Of a DNA stretch of 64,000 bases, positions 21,035 to 31,433 are shown one piece after another. The translations under genes were made by a program, and so were the position numbers. Under the pieces are notes generated by a model. It was not told the DNA's origin and ran no database searches. It saw only the letters and a program-made list of their open reading frames with translations. The DNA is taken from contig CAWHMU010000040.1 of NCBI GenBank assembly GCA_963830365.1, positions 34,154 through 98,153 on the forward strand, read 5' to 3'. The DNA comes from an uncultured Chlamydiae bacterium. GTDB lineage: Bacteria; Chlamydiota; Chlamydiia; Chlamydiales; Parachlamydiaceae. Position 1 is the stretch's first letter, and each line of letters starts with the position of its first letter.

Positions 21035-21895
21035 ATGAAAAAAAGATATCATCAACTTTCTGCTCAAGAAGAGCTGGTGATCGATAAAAAAGGCACCGAA
21101 AGGCCCGACAGTGGCCAATACAACGCACATGCCGAACCCGGCATCTATGCCTGCCGAAAGTGTGACGCCCCCCTGTATCTGTCTGCCGATAAATTCAATT
21201 CCCATTGCGGCTGGCCAAGCTTCGATGATGAACTGCCAGGGGCGGTGGAAAGAAAAATCGACGCCGATGGCCAGCGCACAGAAATTTTATGCCGCCATTG
21301 CGGCGCCCACCTCGGCCATGTGTTTACTGGAGAGCGGGCCACATCCAAAAATGTGCGCCACTGCGTCAATTCCATCTCGCTGTCCTTTGTGCCGGCGTTA
21401 GCTGAAAATGGCTACCAGCGCGCCATCTTTGCCGGCGGCTGCTTCTGGGGGATCGACCATCTGATGAAGAAATTCCCAGGCGTAATCCGCACCACCTCAG
21501 GCTACATCGGCGGCACCACCGTCGACCCAACCTATGCCGAGGTATGCCAGGGCGATACCGGCCATGCCGAAGCCGTCGAAGTGGTCTTCGACCCCGCCGT
21601 CACCAGCTATGAGACGCTAACGAAATATTTCTTCGAAATCCACGAGCCTTCCCAACAGATGCGTCAAGGACCCGATATCGGCAGCCAATACCGCTCGGCG
21701 ATCTTCTATCTCACCGCGCAGCAAAAAGAGATCGCTACGCACCTGAAAGCAGTCCTCACCACCAACGGCATGCCTGTGGCCACGGAAATCGTACCGGCCC
21801 ACCCCTTCTATGCCGCCGAGGAATATCATCAAGACTACTATGGCTATACCGGCAAGCAACCCTACTGCCATACTTGGGTAAAACGCTTCCCCTAG
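21035..21895 (+). CDS. msrAB: Bifunctional methionine sulfoxide reductase, MsrB-MsrA fusion
   Basis: GTERP, CGWPSF, HLGHVF, RHCVNS (MsrB) followed by [25 protein letters not shown] (MsrA). Confidence 0.96.
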   Translation: MKKRYHQLSAQEELVIDKKGTERPDSGQYNAHAEPGIYACRKCDAPLYLSADKFNSHCGWPSFDDELPGAVERKIDADGQRTEILCRHCGAHLGHVFTGERATSKNVRHCVNSISLSFVPALAENGYQRAIFAGGCFWGIDHLMKKFPGVIRTTSGYIGGTTVDPTYAEVCQGDTGHAEAVEVVFDPAVTSYETLTKYFFEIHEPSQQMRQGPDIGSQYRSAIFYLTAQQKEIATHLKAVLTTNGMPVATEIVPAHPFYAAEEYHQDYYGYTGKQPYCHTWVKRFP

Positions 21896-22185
21896 CAAAC
21901 CCTATGCCCAGGCCCCATGCCGTGCCCGTGTCCGAAAAACAAAAACGATTATGCCAAGACAACCTCTAAGCCAACGCCGCGCAAGGCGCTTGTCGTTACC
22001 CACAACTATCAATCGAATATTTTAAGTATTTTTTTTGGCCATTATCATCTTCGCAGGGAAAATATTCGGTCACCAAAGCAAAAAGAGAGGAACTCCTACG
22101 GAGTTAAACAAGAATATGTATTTTCCCGTAGGAGTTCCTCTCTTTTTGCTTTCTTGACCGAATAAGCGATCATGGCCAAAAAAAT

Positions 22186-22724
22186 GGTTCATCGCACAAT
22201 CGCGTACCTGTCCGAGAAGATTCGTTAAAAAGACTTAATAATGGCTGGTTAAAAACGAGAATTAACAATATATTTGTACGGTTCTCTTTGAAACAAATCG
22301 ACATTCTAGCACAGAAGGTCTAGTTAGCCTCGATAGAGGCGGAAGCATGTAGCCATAGGTGTCAACCTATGGAATGAAATGTAGCAAAAAGTAAGCCGTG
22401 AATACGGCGACAGCAACTCCGAGGGAAGTTGAATTAAATGCGATTATTATACCATATAATATCCTTTAGCCATGGCTGTCGCCGTATTCACGGCTTTGTT
22501 TCTAAACATGCGATAACCACACGCTGACGCATGTGGCTACATGCTTCCGCCTCTATCGAGGCTTTAAAAATGTTCTCAATGCGCCCTGTCGCTTATATGG
22601 CAGTACTGGCTCAACTTCTACCTTCACAGGAGCGAACGTGCCATTTGCGGATTTTTATGATGCATTATTTGCAACGACCTCGATTAATTTACATAAGGCG
22701 AGGTACGCATTTGTTTGATGAGCC
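22186..22724. mobile_element. MITE with family C-type termini, inserted in family D
   Basis: GGTTCATCGCACAATCGCGTACCT...AGGTACGCATTTGTTTGATGAGCC; flanks AAAAAAAT/CAAAAAAT. Confidence 0.75.
22326..22563. repeat. GTAG-type REPIN-like element, family A
   Basis: Perfect 30-bp IR AGCCTCGATAGAGGCGGAAGCATGTAGCCA; each arm has GTAG plus a short hairpin and a GCCGTGAATACGGC palindrome. Confidence 0.85.
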
Positions 22725-23002
22725 CAAAAAATAAATTAAAATATTCGCTTGATAGTTGTGAGTAACGACAAGGATTCTAAAGCCTTGTCTAAATGCGTGG
22801 AGAATCGCCAAAAGAATGCCACCACTCCAATGCCCTCGTGGATGCCAAAAGCTATTGGAGCCGCCGCTGCCCTACTTTAGCTCTAAACGTTTAAAGTTCT
22901 GATGGGATGTCTGAACGCTTATAGCTCCTGCCCGATAATTTTAGTGGCATTTTGATTATAAACAACTTATAGTCAGCGCTGTTTACTGAAAGAGGACGTG
23001 CA

Positions 23003-23845
23003 ATGAGCAAAAAAACCATCCCCATGGCCATCGCCTATGATTTCGACGGCACCCTGGCGCCCGGCAATATGCAGGAGTATGATTTTGTACCCGCCGTTGG
23101 CATGACTTCAAAGGAATTCTGGAGCGAAGCCACCCAGCTGGAGCAACATCAACAGGCCGACAAGATCCTGGCCTACATGCGGCTGATGATTCAAAAAGCC
23201 AGCGCCAAAGGGGTGTCCATCCGCAAAGAAGATTTTGTCAAGTACGGCCGCTCCGTAGCCCTCTTTGAAGGCGTCACAGATTGGTTTCAGCGCATCAACA
23301 GCTATGCGACGTCCAAAACGGTCGAAATCAAACATTATATCATCTCCTCCGGCATCCGCGAAATGATCGAAGGCACTCCCATCGCCAGCGAGTTCCATAA
23401 GATCTTCGCCTCCTCCTTTATGTACGACCATCATGGCGTGGCCGTATGGCCCGCCCTGGCCGTCAACTATACCACCAAGACGCAATACCTCTTCCGCATC
23501 AATAAAGGCAGCCTCGACGTCTGCGACCACTCCCAAATCAACAAATTCGTCCCCCAGCACGAACGCCCCATGCCTTTTGCAAATATGATCTTCATCGGCG
23601 ACGGCGAAACGGATATCCCCTCCTTCCGCACGGTCAAGGAACAGGGTGGACATGCCATCGCGGTCTATAAACCGCGCGCCAGCAAAGCCCGCGAGAAATC
23701 GCGCGACCTCATTAAGGAAGGGCGCGTGAATCTGATGGCGCCTGCCAGCTACAATGAGGGCAGCCAGATCGAAACCATGGTCAAGGCCATCATCGATAAA
23801 ATTGCCGCCGACAGCATCCTGGATGAGCTGTGCAACGCTAAGTAA
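23003..23845 (+). CDS. HAD-superfamily hydrolase
   Basis: YDFDGTL, IISSG, K, IGDGETD motifs. Confidence 0.9.
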   Translation: MSKKTIPMAIAYDFDGTLAPGNMQEYDFVPAVGMTSKEFWSEATQLEQHQQADKILAYMRLMIQKASAKGVSIRKEDFVKYGRSVALFEGVTDWFQRINSYATSKTVEIKHYIISSGIREMIEGTPIASEFHKIFASSFMYDHHGVAVWPALAVNYTTKTQYLFRINKGSLDVCDHSQINKFVPQHERPMPFANMIFIGDGETDIPSFRTVKEQGGHAIAVYKPRASKAREKSRDLIKEGRVNLMAPASYNEGSQIETMVKAIIDKIAADSILDELCNAK

Positions 23846-24027
23846 TGTCCGATTTTGGGAACGAAAAATTCAACACAAAGGAACAGCCATGATGCTGTCG
23901 CTGTGAGGCATGCCAGCTTATGGATCCTGCGCCAGGCTTCCTTCTGCGGTGTTTATCCTGCATATCCCCTTTGCGTTGAATTTTTCATATGCAGCGCACA
24001 CCAAATCCTGAACGCTTGTAAATAAAT

Positions 24028-24192
24028 TATACCATGATCTAGTGAGAATTTGACATATTGGACTGCGCGAAAGCCCCCGCGGTTGTATGATCATAAGCCA
24101 CCCAATATTAGTAATATGGGGTGGCTTATGATCATGCAACCCCGGGGCTTTGGCGCGTCCAACATGTCAAATTCTCACTAGATCATGGTATA
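24028..24192. repeat. 165-bp near-perfect palindrome, family E
   Basis: TATACCATGATCTAGTGAGAATTTGACAT...ATGTCAAATTCTCACTAGATCATGGTATA; TA-flanked ends. Confidence 0.88.
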
Positions 24193-24274
24193 TGTCATTG
24201 CAAATGAATCTGCATTTGCAATAAACTGCCAGATCGTTTCGCAATATAAATGCTTAATAATAAGGAATTTTAGC

Positions 24275-24781
24275 ATGAGCTCATCCGCCACACTCTCCCA
24301 TAATGGCCTAAACTGCTGCCAGGCATCACCATTGACGGCAACAGCTCTGCCGCGCCCATCGACAGCGCAGTCTTTGATGAGAGTTTTGGAAAAAGTCAGC
24401 GCCATCGCTTTAGGCGTCTTTTCGGCACTGATCAACCCTCCTCTCTTTGGGGCTTATTTCCTTATCGGCGCTGCCATCGGTGCTTACAGCACCTTAATGA
24501 ACAGCAACAGCCGGCCGCATGACCATATTGCCTCGGCCTGCTCACAAAGCTTCCTGGAACAGATCACCGGCGTAAACCTGCCGCCTCCCATCTCGCTTGC
24601 GGCCAATGTGGCCATCACTGTTTGCCATATCGACCACCATGCCAATGTCTTTGTGCCGCTCACCGGTCTCTTCATGGGGGCATGGCTGGGAAAAGAATCC
24701 GCATATGCTGCCGTTTCACTATGCCAGAAAATTCATACGCTAGCATCCCGCCATCACTGCCGCGCAGCGCTGGCATCTTAA
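24275..24781 (+). CDS. Hypothetical membrane protein with hydrophobic hairpins
   Basis: ATG 24275 after AAGGA; hydrophobic stretches. Confidence 0.7.
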   Translation: MSSSATLSHNGLNCCQASPLTATALPRPSTAQSLMRVLEKVSAIALGVFSALINPPLFGAYFLIGAAIGAYSTLMNSNSRPHDHIASACSQSFLEQITGVNLPPPISLAANVAITVCHIDHHANVFVPLTGLFMGAWLGKESAYAAVSLCQKIHTLASRHHCRAALAS

Positions 24782-25560
24782 GACGATAGCTGCTTGGCCC
24801 GCTCGTAGGTGGCCAGAAAGATATTGATGATGCTGCCTCTTAAGGCCTGCTCCTCAAGCTTTTTCAAGCCGGCAATGGTCGTCCCACCGGGCGAAGCCAC
24901 CTGCCACTTGAGCTCGCCCGGGTGCTTCTTGGTCTGTTCCAAGAGCAGCAGGCTGCCTTTGATCATCTGCTGTACCATACCTTGCGCCTCATCGGCCTTA
25001 AATCCCATGCTGATGCCGGCATCGACCATGGATTCGATGATGGCAAAGACAAAGGCCGGCCCGGAGCTTGCCAAAGACGTAAAGGCATCCATCTTATTTT
25101 CCGGCAGCCAATAGACCTTTCCCAGCGGCTCCCAAAGGTGCGCAAACTTTTCCTTGTCACCCTTGGACAGCTCATCTTCAGTGGCAAGTCCGATCAGCCC
25201 TTCCCCATAGATAAGCGCAAGATTCGGCATCATACGGATGATATGCCGGCCTGCAAAATGCTGGCTCAGCCTAGCGATGGTGGTGCCTGCCAGCAGGCTG
25301 ACAATCGTTTGGGTGGCCGTGAGCTGTCCGCAGATCAGATCCGCGACTTCGTCAATATTTTGCGGCTTGACGGCCAGCATGACAAGCTCGGCTTGCTCAA
25401 GTGCCGCCTGCGGCGTCTGGCAAGCTGTGCCATAGCCGGCCTGCTGCAAGCTACCCGACTTTTCGCTATTGCGGTCGTAAAAAAATAGCTGATGGTGCGC
25501 CGCCAGGCGCTGCGCCAGTCCTGAGCCCATATGGCCGCAGCCGATGATTAAAATTTTCAT
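24778..25560 (-). CDS. proC: Pyrroline-5-carboxylate reductase
   Basis: IIGCGHMG, LAVKPQ, RMMPN, SSGPAF, VASPGGTT. Confidence 0.96.
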   Translation of the reverse strand: MKILIIGCGHMGSGLAQRLAAHHQLFFYDRNSEKSGSLQQAGYGTACQTPQAALEQAELVMLAVKPQNIDEVADLICGQLTATQTIVSLLAGTTIARLSQHFAGRHIIRMMPNLALIYGEGLIGLATEDELSKGDKEKFAHLWEPLGKVYWLPENKMDAFTSLASSGPAFVFAIIESMVDAGISMGFKADEAQGMVQQMIKGSLLLLEQTKKHPGELKWQVASPGGTTIAGLKKLEEQALRGSIINIFLATYERAKQLSS

Positions 25561-25579
25561 CTCTCATCACTCCTAAAAA

Positions 25580-26851
25580 TCATTTCCGGATCGTATAATT
25601 GCCGCGGATAACCCATTTGTATGATGTCAATTCCCGTAAACCCATCGGACCTCTGGCATGCAGCTTCTGCGTGCTGATGGCCACTTCGGCGCCAAGTCCT
25701 AGCTGCCCTCCATCGGTAAAGCGCGTGGAGGCATTGACATACACGGCGGCCGAATCCACCACCCTGACAAACAGGTCGCCATGCTTTTTGTCCTGCGTCA
25801 AAATGGCATCGCTATGCCCCGTGCTGTGGTGCGTGATATGTGCAATGGCTTCGTCGATATCTTTGACCACCCTGATTCCCAGCACCAGACTCAGCCATTC
25901 CGTATCCCAGTCGTTGAGCCCGGCTGGCGCATAGTTGCCTTGGCAGTAGCGGCACTGGGCGACGGCAAGACTTGTCTCATCCAGCCGGAAGCTGACTCCC
26001 TTGCGATGCAGCAGATCGATAATTTGGGGAATGAAATCATCGGCAATTTTGGCATGCACCAGCAACGTGTCAAGGGCATTGCATACCGTCGGCCGCTGCG
26101 TCTTGGCATTCACAATCACCGGCAGCGCACGTGCCTGGTCGGCCGTTTCATCTACAAACAGGTGGCAGACGCCCACCCCGCCGGTGATGACAGGGATGGT
26201 GCTGTTTTCCCGGCAGAAGCGATGCAATGAGGCCCCGCCGCGCGGGATGATCAGATCGATATAGTCGTGCAGGCGCAGCAGCTTCTTGACCTGCGTGCGC
26301 TCGGCTGTCGGCACCAGCTGGATGGCGCCGGCAGGCAGCTTCTCAGCCGCCAGCGACTGCTGAATGATCTTCACCAGCTCCCGATTGGTATGCAGCGTCT
26401 CAGAACCGCCGCGCAGGATGGCGCAGTTGCCCGATTTTATCGTCAGGGCGCTGACATCGATGGTGACGTTGGGCCGCGACTCGTAGATCACGCCCAACAC
26501 ACCGATGGGGGTGCGGCATTTGACGACGTCCAGCTGATTTGGCAGCTGCTGCGCTTCAAAGCACTCTCCAATAGGGTCTGGCAGATTCAACACCTGCTCG
26601 ATATCGGCAATGATGCCTGATATCCTTCCTTGCAGCGATAGGCGGTCGATCAGCGCCTCGCTTAAACCCTCGGCTTTGGCCAGGTCGATATCGGTCTGGT
26701 TTTGCTGCAGGACATCGCCCTCGCGCTTCTTAAGCGCAGCAATCAGGTTGGCAATGGCGGCGTTCTTCTGCTCGGTGGTAGCCCTGGCCATGGCATGTGT
26801 AGCCTCTTTGGCCGCCACGCCCATCTTCTTTAAACTAATTCCGGCACACAT
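25580..26851 (-). CDS. proA: Gamma-glutamyl phosphate reductase
   Basis: IYESRPNVT, IPRGG, VCNA, NASTRFTDG, KLHARGPMG. Confidence 0.97.
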   Translation of the reverse strand: MCAGISLKKMGVAAKEATHAMARATTEQKNAAIANLIAALKKREGDVLQQNQTDIDLAKAEGLSEALIDRLSLQGRISGIIADIEQVLNLPDPIGECFEAQQLPNQLDVVKCRTPIGVLGVIYESRPNVTIDVSALTIKSGNCAILRGGSETLHTNRELVKIIQQSLAAEKLPAGAIQLVPTAERTQVKKLLRLHDYIDLIIPRGGASLHRFCRENSTIPVITGGVGVCHLFVDETADQARALPVIVNAKTQRPTVCNALDTLLVHAKIADDFIPQIIDLLHRKGVSFRLDETSLAVAQCRYCQGNYAPAGLNDWDTEWLSLVLGIRVVKDIDEAIAHITHHSTGHSDAILTQDKKHGDLFVRVVDSAAVYVNASTRFTDGGQLGLGAEVAISTQKLHARGPMGLRELTSYKWVIRGNYTIRK

Positions 26852-27975
26852 GCTCTATCGTCCTCTTTGGATTTTATTCGCGTCATATTGGTGCGATGGA
26901 CAACTTCTGCCCCATAGCTATATCCCAAAATATCTTCGATGCCGGCCGAATGGCTGCCGAGCAGGCGCTGGATTTCATGGTCGCCGTAGTTGGAGATGCC
27001 AGCTGCAATGGGGGTGCCCTCGGGACAAAAAACGTGGATGATGGCCCCTCTTTCAAAGGTATGCGTCGTTTTGGTTATCCCCGACGGCAGCAGGCTGGCG
27101 CCGCCATGCATGATCCTGGCCGCAGCTCCGGCGTCGACATGGACGATGCCCTGCTTCTTTTCAGATAGCAGCCAGCGCTTGCGGCTTTCCTGCGGCGTGA
27201 TCTGCGTCTCGAAGGTGGTGCCGACTTTCTTGCCCATATTGATATCGAGCAGGACATTGGGCAGGGACGAAGAGGCGATGATCGTAGGGATGCCGCATTG
27301 GGAGGCGATTTTGGCAGCTTCGATTTTCGTCGTCATACCGCCTGTGCCAAGGGACGAGGAGGCGCCTTTGGCTAAATTGAAGATGGAGTCGTCAATATGT
27401 TTGACCAGCGGAATGAGCGTAGCATCGGGGCTAAGGCGCGGATCGGCGGTATACAGTCCTTTCTGATCGGTCAATAACACCAGCAGGTCTGCCGCCGTCA
27501 AATTCGCCACCAGCGCGGCTAAGTTGTCATTATCGCCCACCCGGATCTCCTTGGTGGCCACGGTGTCATTCTCATTGATGATGGGAATGACGCGGTGCTG
27601 CAGCAGGCAGCACAGCGTATCGCGGGCATTGAGATAGCGCCTGCGCGATGATAAATCATCACGGGTGAGCAGCAGCTGCCCCACATGAATGTCAAAGAGT
27701 GAAAATAGCTCCGTCCAGGTCTGCATCAGCTTCACCTGCCCAATGGCGGCAAACATCTGCTTGGATGGCAACGAACGGTCGACGGTGGGGTGGCTGAGCA
27801 ATTCGCGCCCGGCAGCCACAGCCCCTGAAGACACCAGGATGATCTGATGCCCTTCTTCATGCAGCAGCGCAAGCTGCCTGGTAAGCTCCAGCATGGATTT
27901 GCGCGACAGCTTTTTGTTACCTTGTGTCAAGGTGCTCGTGCCCACCTTTACAACGATCTTTTTAAGCGCTTTCAT
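26830..27975 (-). CDS. proB: Glutamate 5-kinase with PUA domain
   Basis: VVKVGTS, VSSGAV, INENDTV, GDND, GTGGMTTK; start ATG 27975. Confidence 0.97.
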   Translation of the reverse strand: MKALKKIVVKVGTSTLTQGNKKLSRKSMLELTRQLALLHEEGHQIILVSSGAVAAGRELLSHPTVDRSLPSKQMFAAIGQVKLMQTWTELFSLFDIHVGQLLLTRDDLSSRRRYLNARDTLCCLLQHRVIPIINENDTVATKEIRVGDNDNLAALVANLTAADLLVLLTDQKGLYTADPRLSPDATLIPLVKHIDDSIFNLAKGASSSLGTGGMTTKIEAAKIASQCGIPTIIASSSLPNVLLDINMGKKVGTTFETQITPQESRKRWLLSEKKQGIVHVDAGAAARIMHGGASLLPSGITKTTHTFERGAIIHVFCPEGTPIAAGISNYGDHEIQRLLGSHSAGIEDILGYSYGAEVVHRTNMTRIKSKEDDRACVPELV

Positions 27976-28327
27976 ATAACCTGATATAGCGTAAATAAAT
28001 TTTAACTTTGTTTTCCGGTTAACGGACAAACAATTGCCTATTGATGCCAGGCGTATGGATTACATATAAACTTATCGATTAATGATAAATAGAAAATTAC
28101 CCCAAACGGGGGAATCGGAGGGAATAACTGAAGATAGCCTGTGAAAGTGCGTAAGTTTTCATATCTCTAAAAGAGTAAAACAGTTCATTAAAAAAGCATT
28201 TTATCAAAAATACAATTATAATTCAATAAGTGAGATTCATCACCCAAATCAGGGAGTTGCAAACATTGCGTCTGATGAGATTTCGGCATTATTTATCGAA
28301 CCCTGATGCCGGCTGCAGTATACATCT

Positions 28328-28365
28328 AAGGGACCTAAAAGACGGAGTCTTCCCTTAGGTCCCTT
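28328..28365 (-). terminator. Stem-loop just downstream of the O-methyltransferase
   Basis: AAGGGACCTAA...TTAGGTCCCTT inverted repeat 13 bp past the stop; no clear U-tract. Confidence 0.45.
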
Positions 28366-28378
28366 TAACACTTAGCCC

Positions 28379-29494
28379 CTATTTCTTGCGCGCTTCAAGG
28401 ATCGAAAATTCTGTCGATGTCGTATACACACGCTCCAAGGCAAAGCCCGAATTGTCCAGCATCTGCTCAAAAGCCGCCAGCGAACGCTCCTTGCCTCCGG
28501 TCACAGCCAGCATCAAAAGATCCATGCAATTGGCATATGGAGACTGGTCCTTGGGAAGCAGCACGGTTTCGACAATCAACAGCTTGCTATCCGCCCCCAT
28601 CGCTAGGTGGCAGTTGCGCAAGATCTGCTCGGCCTTAACATCATCCCAGTCGTGCAATACAGACTTCAGCAGGTAGGCATCTCCGCCGGCAGGCACCGAC
28701 ACAAAAAAATCACCGGCGCAAAGCTCGACGCGGTCGCTAGCCAATTTCGGATTGACGACGCTGATCTTGGCAATGACATCCTCGACATCAAAGACTAACC
28801 CCTTAACTTGCGGATTTAACGCCGCTATCGCCTGCACGAAATGACCATAGCCGCCGCCGATATCATAAACGCTATCAAATTGTCCGAAGGGATAGGCCGC
28901 CAGCGAGGATTTGATCACGGCCATAGATTTCTCCTGCATGGCCTTTTGGAACAGCGCCGCCCCGCCTGGATGATCCTTAAAAAAGGCAAATACCGGCTGC
29001 TTGAATGCCAGCTGAAAAGCCGGTGTGCCTGTCTGGATGGACGGCAAGAGCTCATCCCAGGATTTATGCAGCCCTTCGCCATAAAGCAGCGAAATGGCAT
29101 GCAGCGTGTCGGGATTTGATTTTGCTAGCAAAAGGCTGGCGTCGCTATTGGCAAAGATACCGGGTGCTGTCTCTTCAAAGACATTGAAGCCCGCCAGCAT
29201 ATGCAGCAGACGGCTTAATGCATCCGGATTGGACTGCGTCAAAACCGCCAGTTCGGCGGCAGTCTTCGGACCATCTTTAAGATGGTCGGCGATCTCCAAT
29301 TTCGTGGCCACATACAGGCCGCGCGAAACCCACTCGCCGGAAAGCAGCAATAAAAGCTTTTCCCGCGCCATGTCCTGATCAGACCTGGCTGATACGCTCT
29401 CTGCCTGATATGTGGTATTAGCCCTTATATCTGTGCCTAGGCAGCAGGACAGACATGCTGCCAAGGTTGACAATGGATAAAATAGACGCTTCAT
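28379..29494 (-). CDS. SAM-dependent O-methyltransferase (family 2, dimerisation domain) with signal-like N-terminus
   Basis: YDIGGGYG, GDFF, LKSVLHDW, GGKERS. Confidence 0.92.
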   Translation of the reverse strand: MKRLFYPLSTLAACLSCCLGTDIRANTTYQAESVSARSDQDMAREKLLLLLSGEWVSRGLYVATKLEIADHLKDGPKTAAELAVLTQSNPDALSRLLHMLAGFNVFEETAPGIFANSDASLLLAKSNPDTLHAISLLYGEGLHKSWDELLPSIQTGTPAFQLAFKQPVFAFFKDHPGGAALFQKAMQEKSMAVIKSSLAAYPFGQFDSVYDIGGGYGHFVQAIAALNPQVKGLVFDVEDVIAKISVVNPKLASDRVELCAGDFFVSVPAGGDAYLLKSVLHDWDDVKAEQILRNCHLAMGADSKLLIVETVLLPKDQSPYANCMDLLMLAVTGGKERSLAAFEQMLDNSGFALERVYTTSTEFSILEARKK

Positions 29495-29619
29495 AAAGCT
29501 CCTTATAAAGTTAAATTTTCAGCCACTTTATAATAATCTTTACGTAAGTGTCCATAGATTTTATCCGTTGCCGCATAGAAGCAAAAACCATCTCTGGAAA
29601 TTAAAACAATTGCCTTAAA

Positions 29620-29855
29620 AGCCTCGCTAGAGGCGATAGCATGTAGCCACATGCGTGAGCGTATGGTGACCGATTGTTTAGAAATAAAGCCGTGAAAACG
29701 GCGACAGTAATTATTCTGGATGCTTTATTCTAAAATAATCACATCGATTTCATCTTCTTTGGATACCGCTGCCGCCATATTCACGGATTTCTTTGATTTA
29801 TTTTCATGCCATAGGTTGGATGCCTATGCCTACATGCTTATGCCTCTAGCGAGGC
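29620..29855. repeat. GTAG-type REPIN-like element, family A (opposite orientation)
   Basis: GCCTCGCTAGAGGC...GCATGTAGCCACATG to CTACATGC...GCCTCTAGCGAGGC; truncated copies at 45015-45165 and 47492-47642. Confidence 0.82.
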
Positions 29856-30088
29856 ATTTAAAGACATCGTTCTGATTTCCTGTGCCTTGGTTTTTTTGCA
29901 TATTCATTGTAACATTTCCTCCTTGTGGATATGATTTCGCCGGATACTCTGCCAATGGCCGCGCCATCAGGCCGTTCGAATTGAGGTCTGCTATGTGATT
30001 TGAAAGCCATCCGGCGCTGCTAGGAAATCAAATTCCTTGCAAATCGCAAGCCTGACCTCAATTGATTCCTAATTCGACGGGAAATACG

Positions 30089-30589
30089 ATGAACTGCACT
30101 TTAAAACCCTTAGTTTTTTTCCTTACCTTCTTCCTCCTAGGCTACACCCCTTATGTCGCCTCTGCCCAACCAAAGACCCCTTCGCCGAAGGAAATGCGCC
30201 AGATGGAAGCCCGTCTGGTGGGGATGGTGAACAAAGAACGCAGCCAACACGGCCTGATAGCCTTATCAGTGTGGAATGTGCTTTCACCATACGCCAGCGG
30301 CCACAGCCAAAAAATGGCGGCAGGCAAAGTCGGCTTCGGACATACAGGCTTTGAAGAACGCGCTAAAGCCATCCGGCAACATGCCCCGCTGCAGGCTTTT
30401 GGTGAAAATGTCGCCTACTGCCAGCTGGTGAAAGACCCTCTTAAAGTGGCTGTCGAAAAATGGATGATGAGCCCAGCCCACCGCAGCAACATTCTGGATG
30501 ACTTCGACAAGACCGCCATCGCCATCGTCTGCGATGAGAAAGGCGGCTTTTACATCACGCAACTATTTGCCAAACGTCTCCTCAAATGA
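30089..30589 (+). CDS. Secreted CAP/SCP-domain protein
   Basis: Signal peptide, VNKER, HSQKMA, GENVA, WMMSPAHRSNIL. Confidence 0.92.
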   Translation: MNCTLKPLVFFLTFFLLGYTPYVASAQPKTPSPKEMRQMEARLVGMVNKERSQHGLIALSVWNVLSPYASGHSQKMAAGKVGFGHTGFEERAKAIRQHAPLQAFGENVAYCQLVKDPLKVAVEKWMMSPAHRSNILDDFDKTAIAIVCDEKGGFYITQLFAKRLLK

Positions 30590-30716
30590 AGCCTGGAATA
30601 TGAGGTAACAAACGGCCTACCGTTGGCAAGTCTCGGCTACGCTTCTCCGCCACTCATAACGTAAATCAGTCTGAGGATTGGGGTCTGGCTTCTGATTTGT
30701 TTTCAGATTTTACAAT

Positions 30717-31415
30717 TCATTTTAAATCAAAAAACAAGATTCTGGCAGGTGATAGCGCCTTGAATGTCAGCTGCGTAGCGCTTTCAATGGCCGCCCCGTC
30801 GCCTGCTTGCAGCGTCTCGCCATGCATGGAAATTTCACCATCGACCACCTGCACCCAGCCGTAACGCGTGGAAGAGATTTCTTGCTCGGCCTCCTTTCCG
30901 CTGTCTAATGAAATGGCATATAGCCAGACATCCTGGTGGATTTTAAGGGCATTGTCTCTTCCATCTTGAGAGGCAATAAGCACCCATTGATTCGCAGAAG
31001 CGGGAAGCTTGCTCTGCTGATAACGTGGAGCTAGGCCTTTGGTATCGGGCTGGATCCAGATTTGTAGAAAATGCACACCCACATTTGAGGGGTTGTACTC
31101 GCTATGGGTGATTCCTGTGCCGGCGCTCATCGCCTGCACCTCATTGGCATGGATCACAGATTTATTCCCCATGCTATCTTGATGTCCCAAATCCCCTTCA
31201 AGGATGATGCTGAGGATCTCCATATCCTGATGAGCGTGCATCGGAAATCCCCGGCCGCCTTCCACCCGATCTTCATTAATGACCTTTAAATCCCTAAATC
31301 CCATAAAATTCGGGTCGTAGTAGCTCCCAAAGGAAAAGGTGTGGTATGTCCTCAACCACCCATGATCAAAATATTTGCGCTCACCACTGCGTCTGATATG
31401 ATATGTCATCTGCAT
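30717..31415 (-). CDS. Pirin-family protein (YhhW-like)
   Basis: HGWL..YHTFSF, H.H.DMEI, HQDSMG, AGTGITHSE, LQIW. Confidence 0.95.
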   Translation of the reverse strand: MQMTYHIRRSGERKYFDHGWLRTYHTFSFGSYYDPNFMGFRDLKVINEDRVEGGRGFPMHAHQDMEILSIILEGDLGHQDSMGNKSVIHANEVQAMSAGTGITHSEYNPSNVGVHFLQIWIQPDTKGLAPRYQQSKLPASANQWVLIASQDGRDNALKIHQDVWLYAISLDSGKEAEQEISSTRYGWVQVVDGEISMHGETLQAGDGAAIESATQLTFKALSPARILFFDLK

Positions 31416-31433
31416 TCACCTACAGTAAGGCCT

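Larger units (their letters stand above)
21989..22772. repeat. Palindromic element family D, outer shell of a nested composite
   Basis: CTTGTCGTTACCCACAACTATCAATCGAATATTTTAA...TTAAAATATTCGCTTGATAGTTGTGAGTAACGACAAG; inner hairpin 22063-22164 partly repeated near 35242-35298. Confidence 0.8.
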
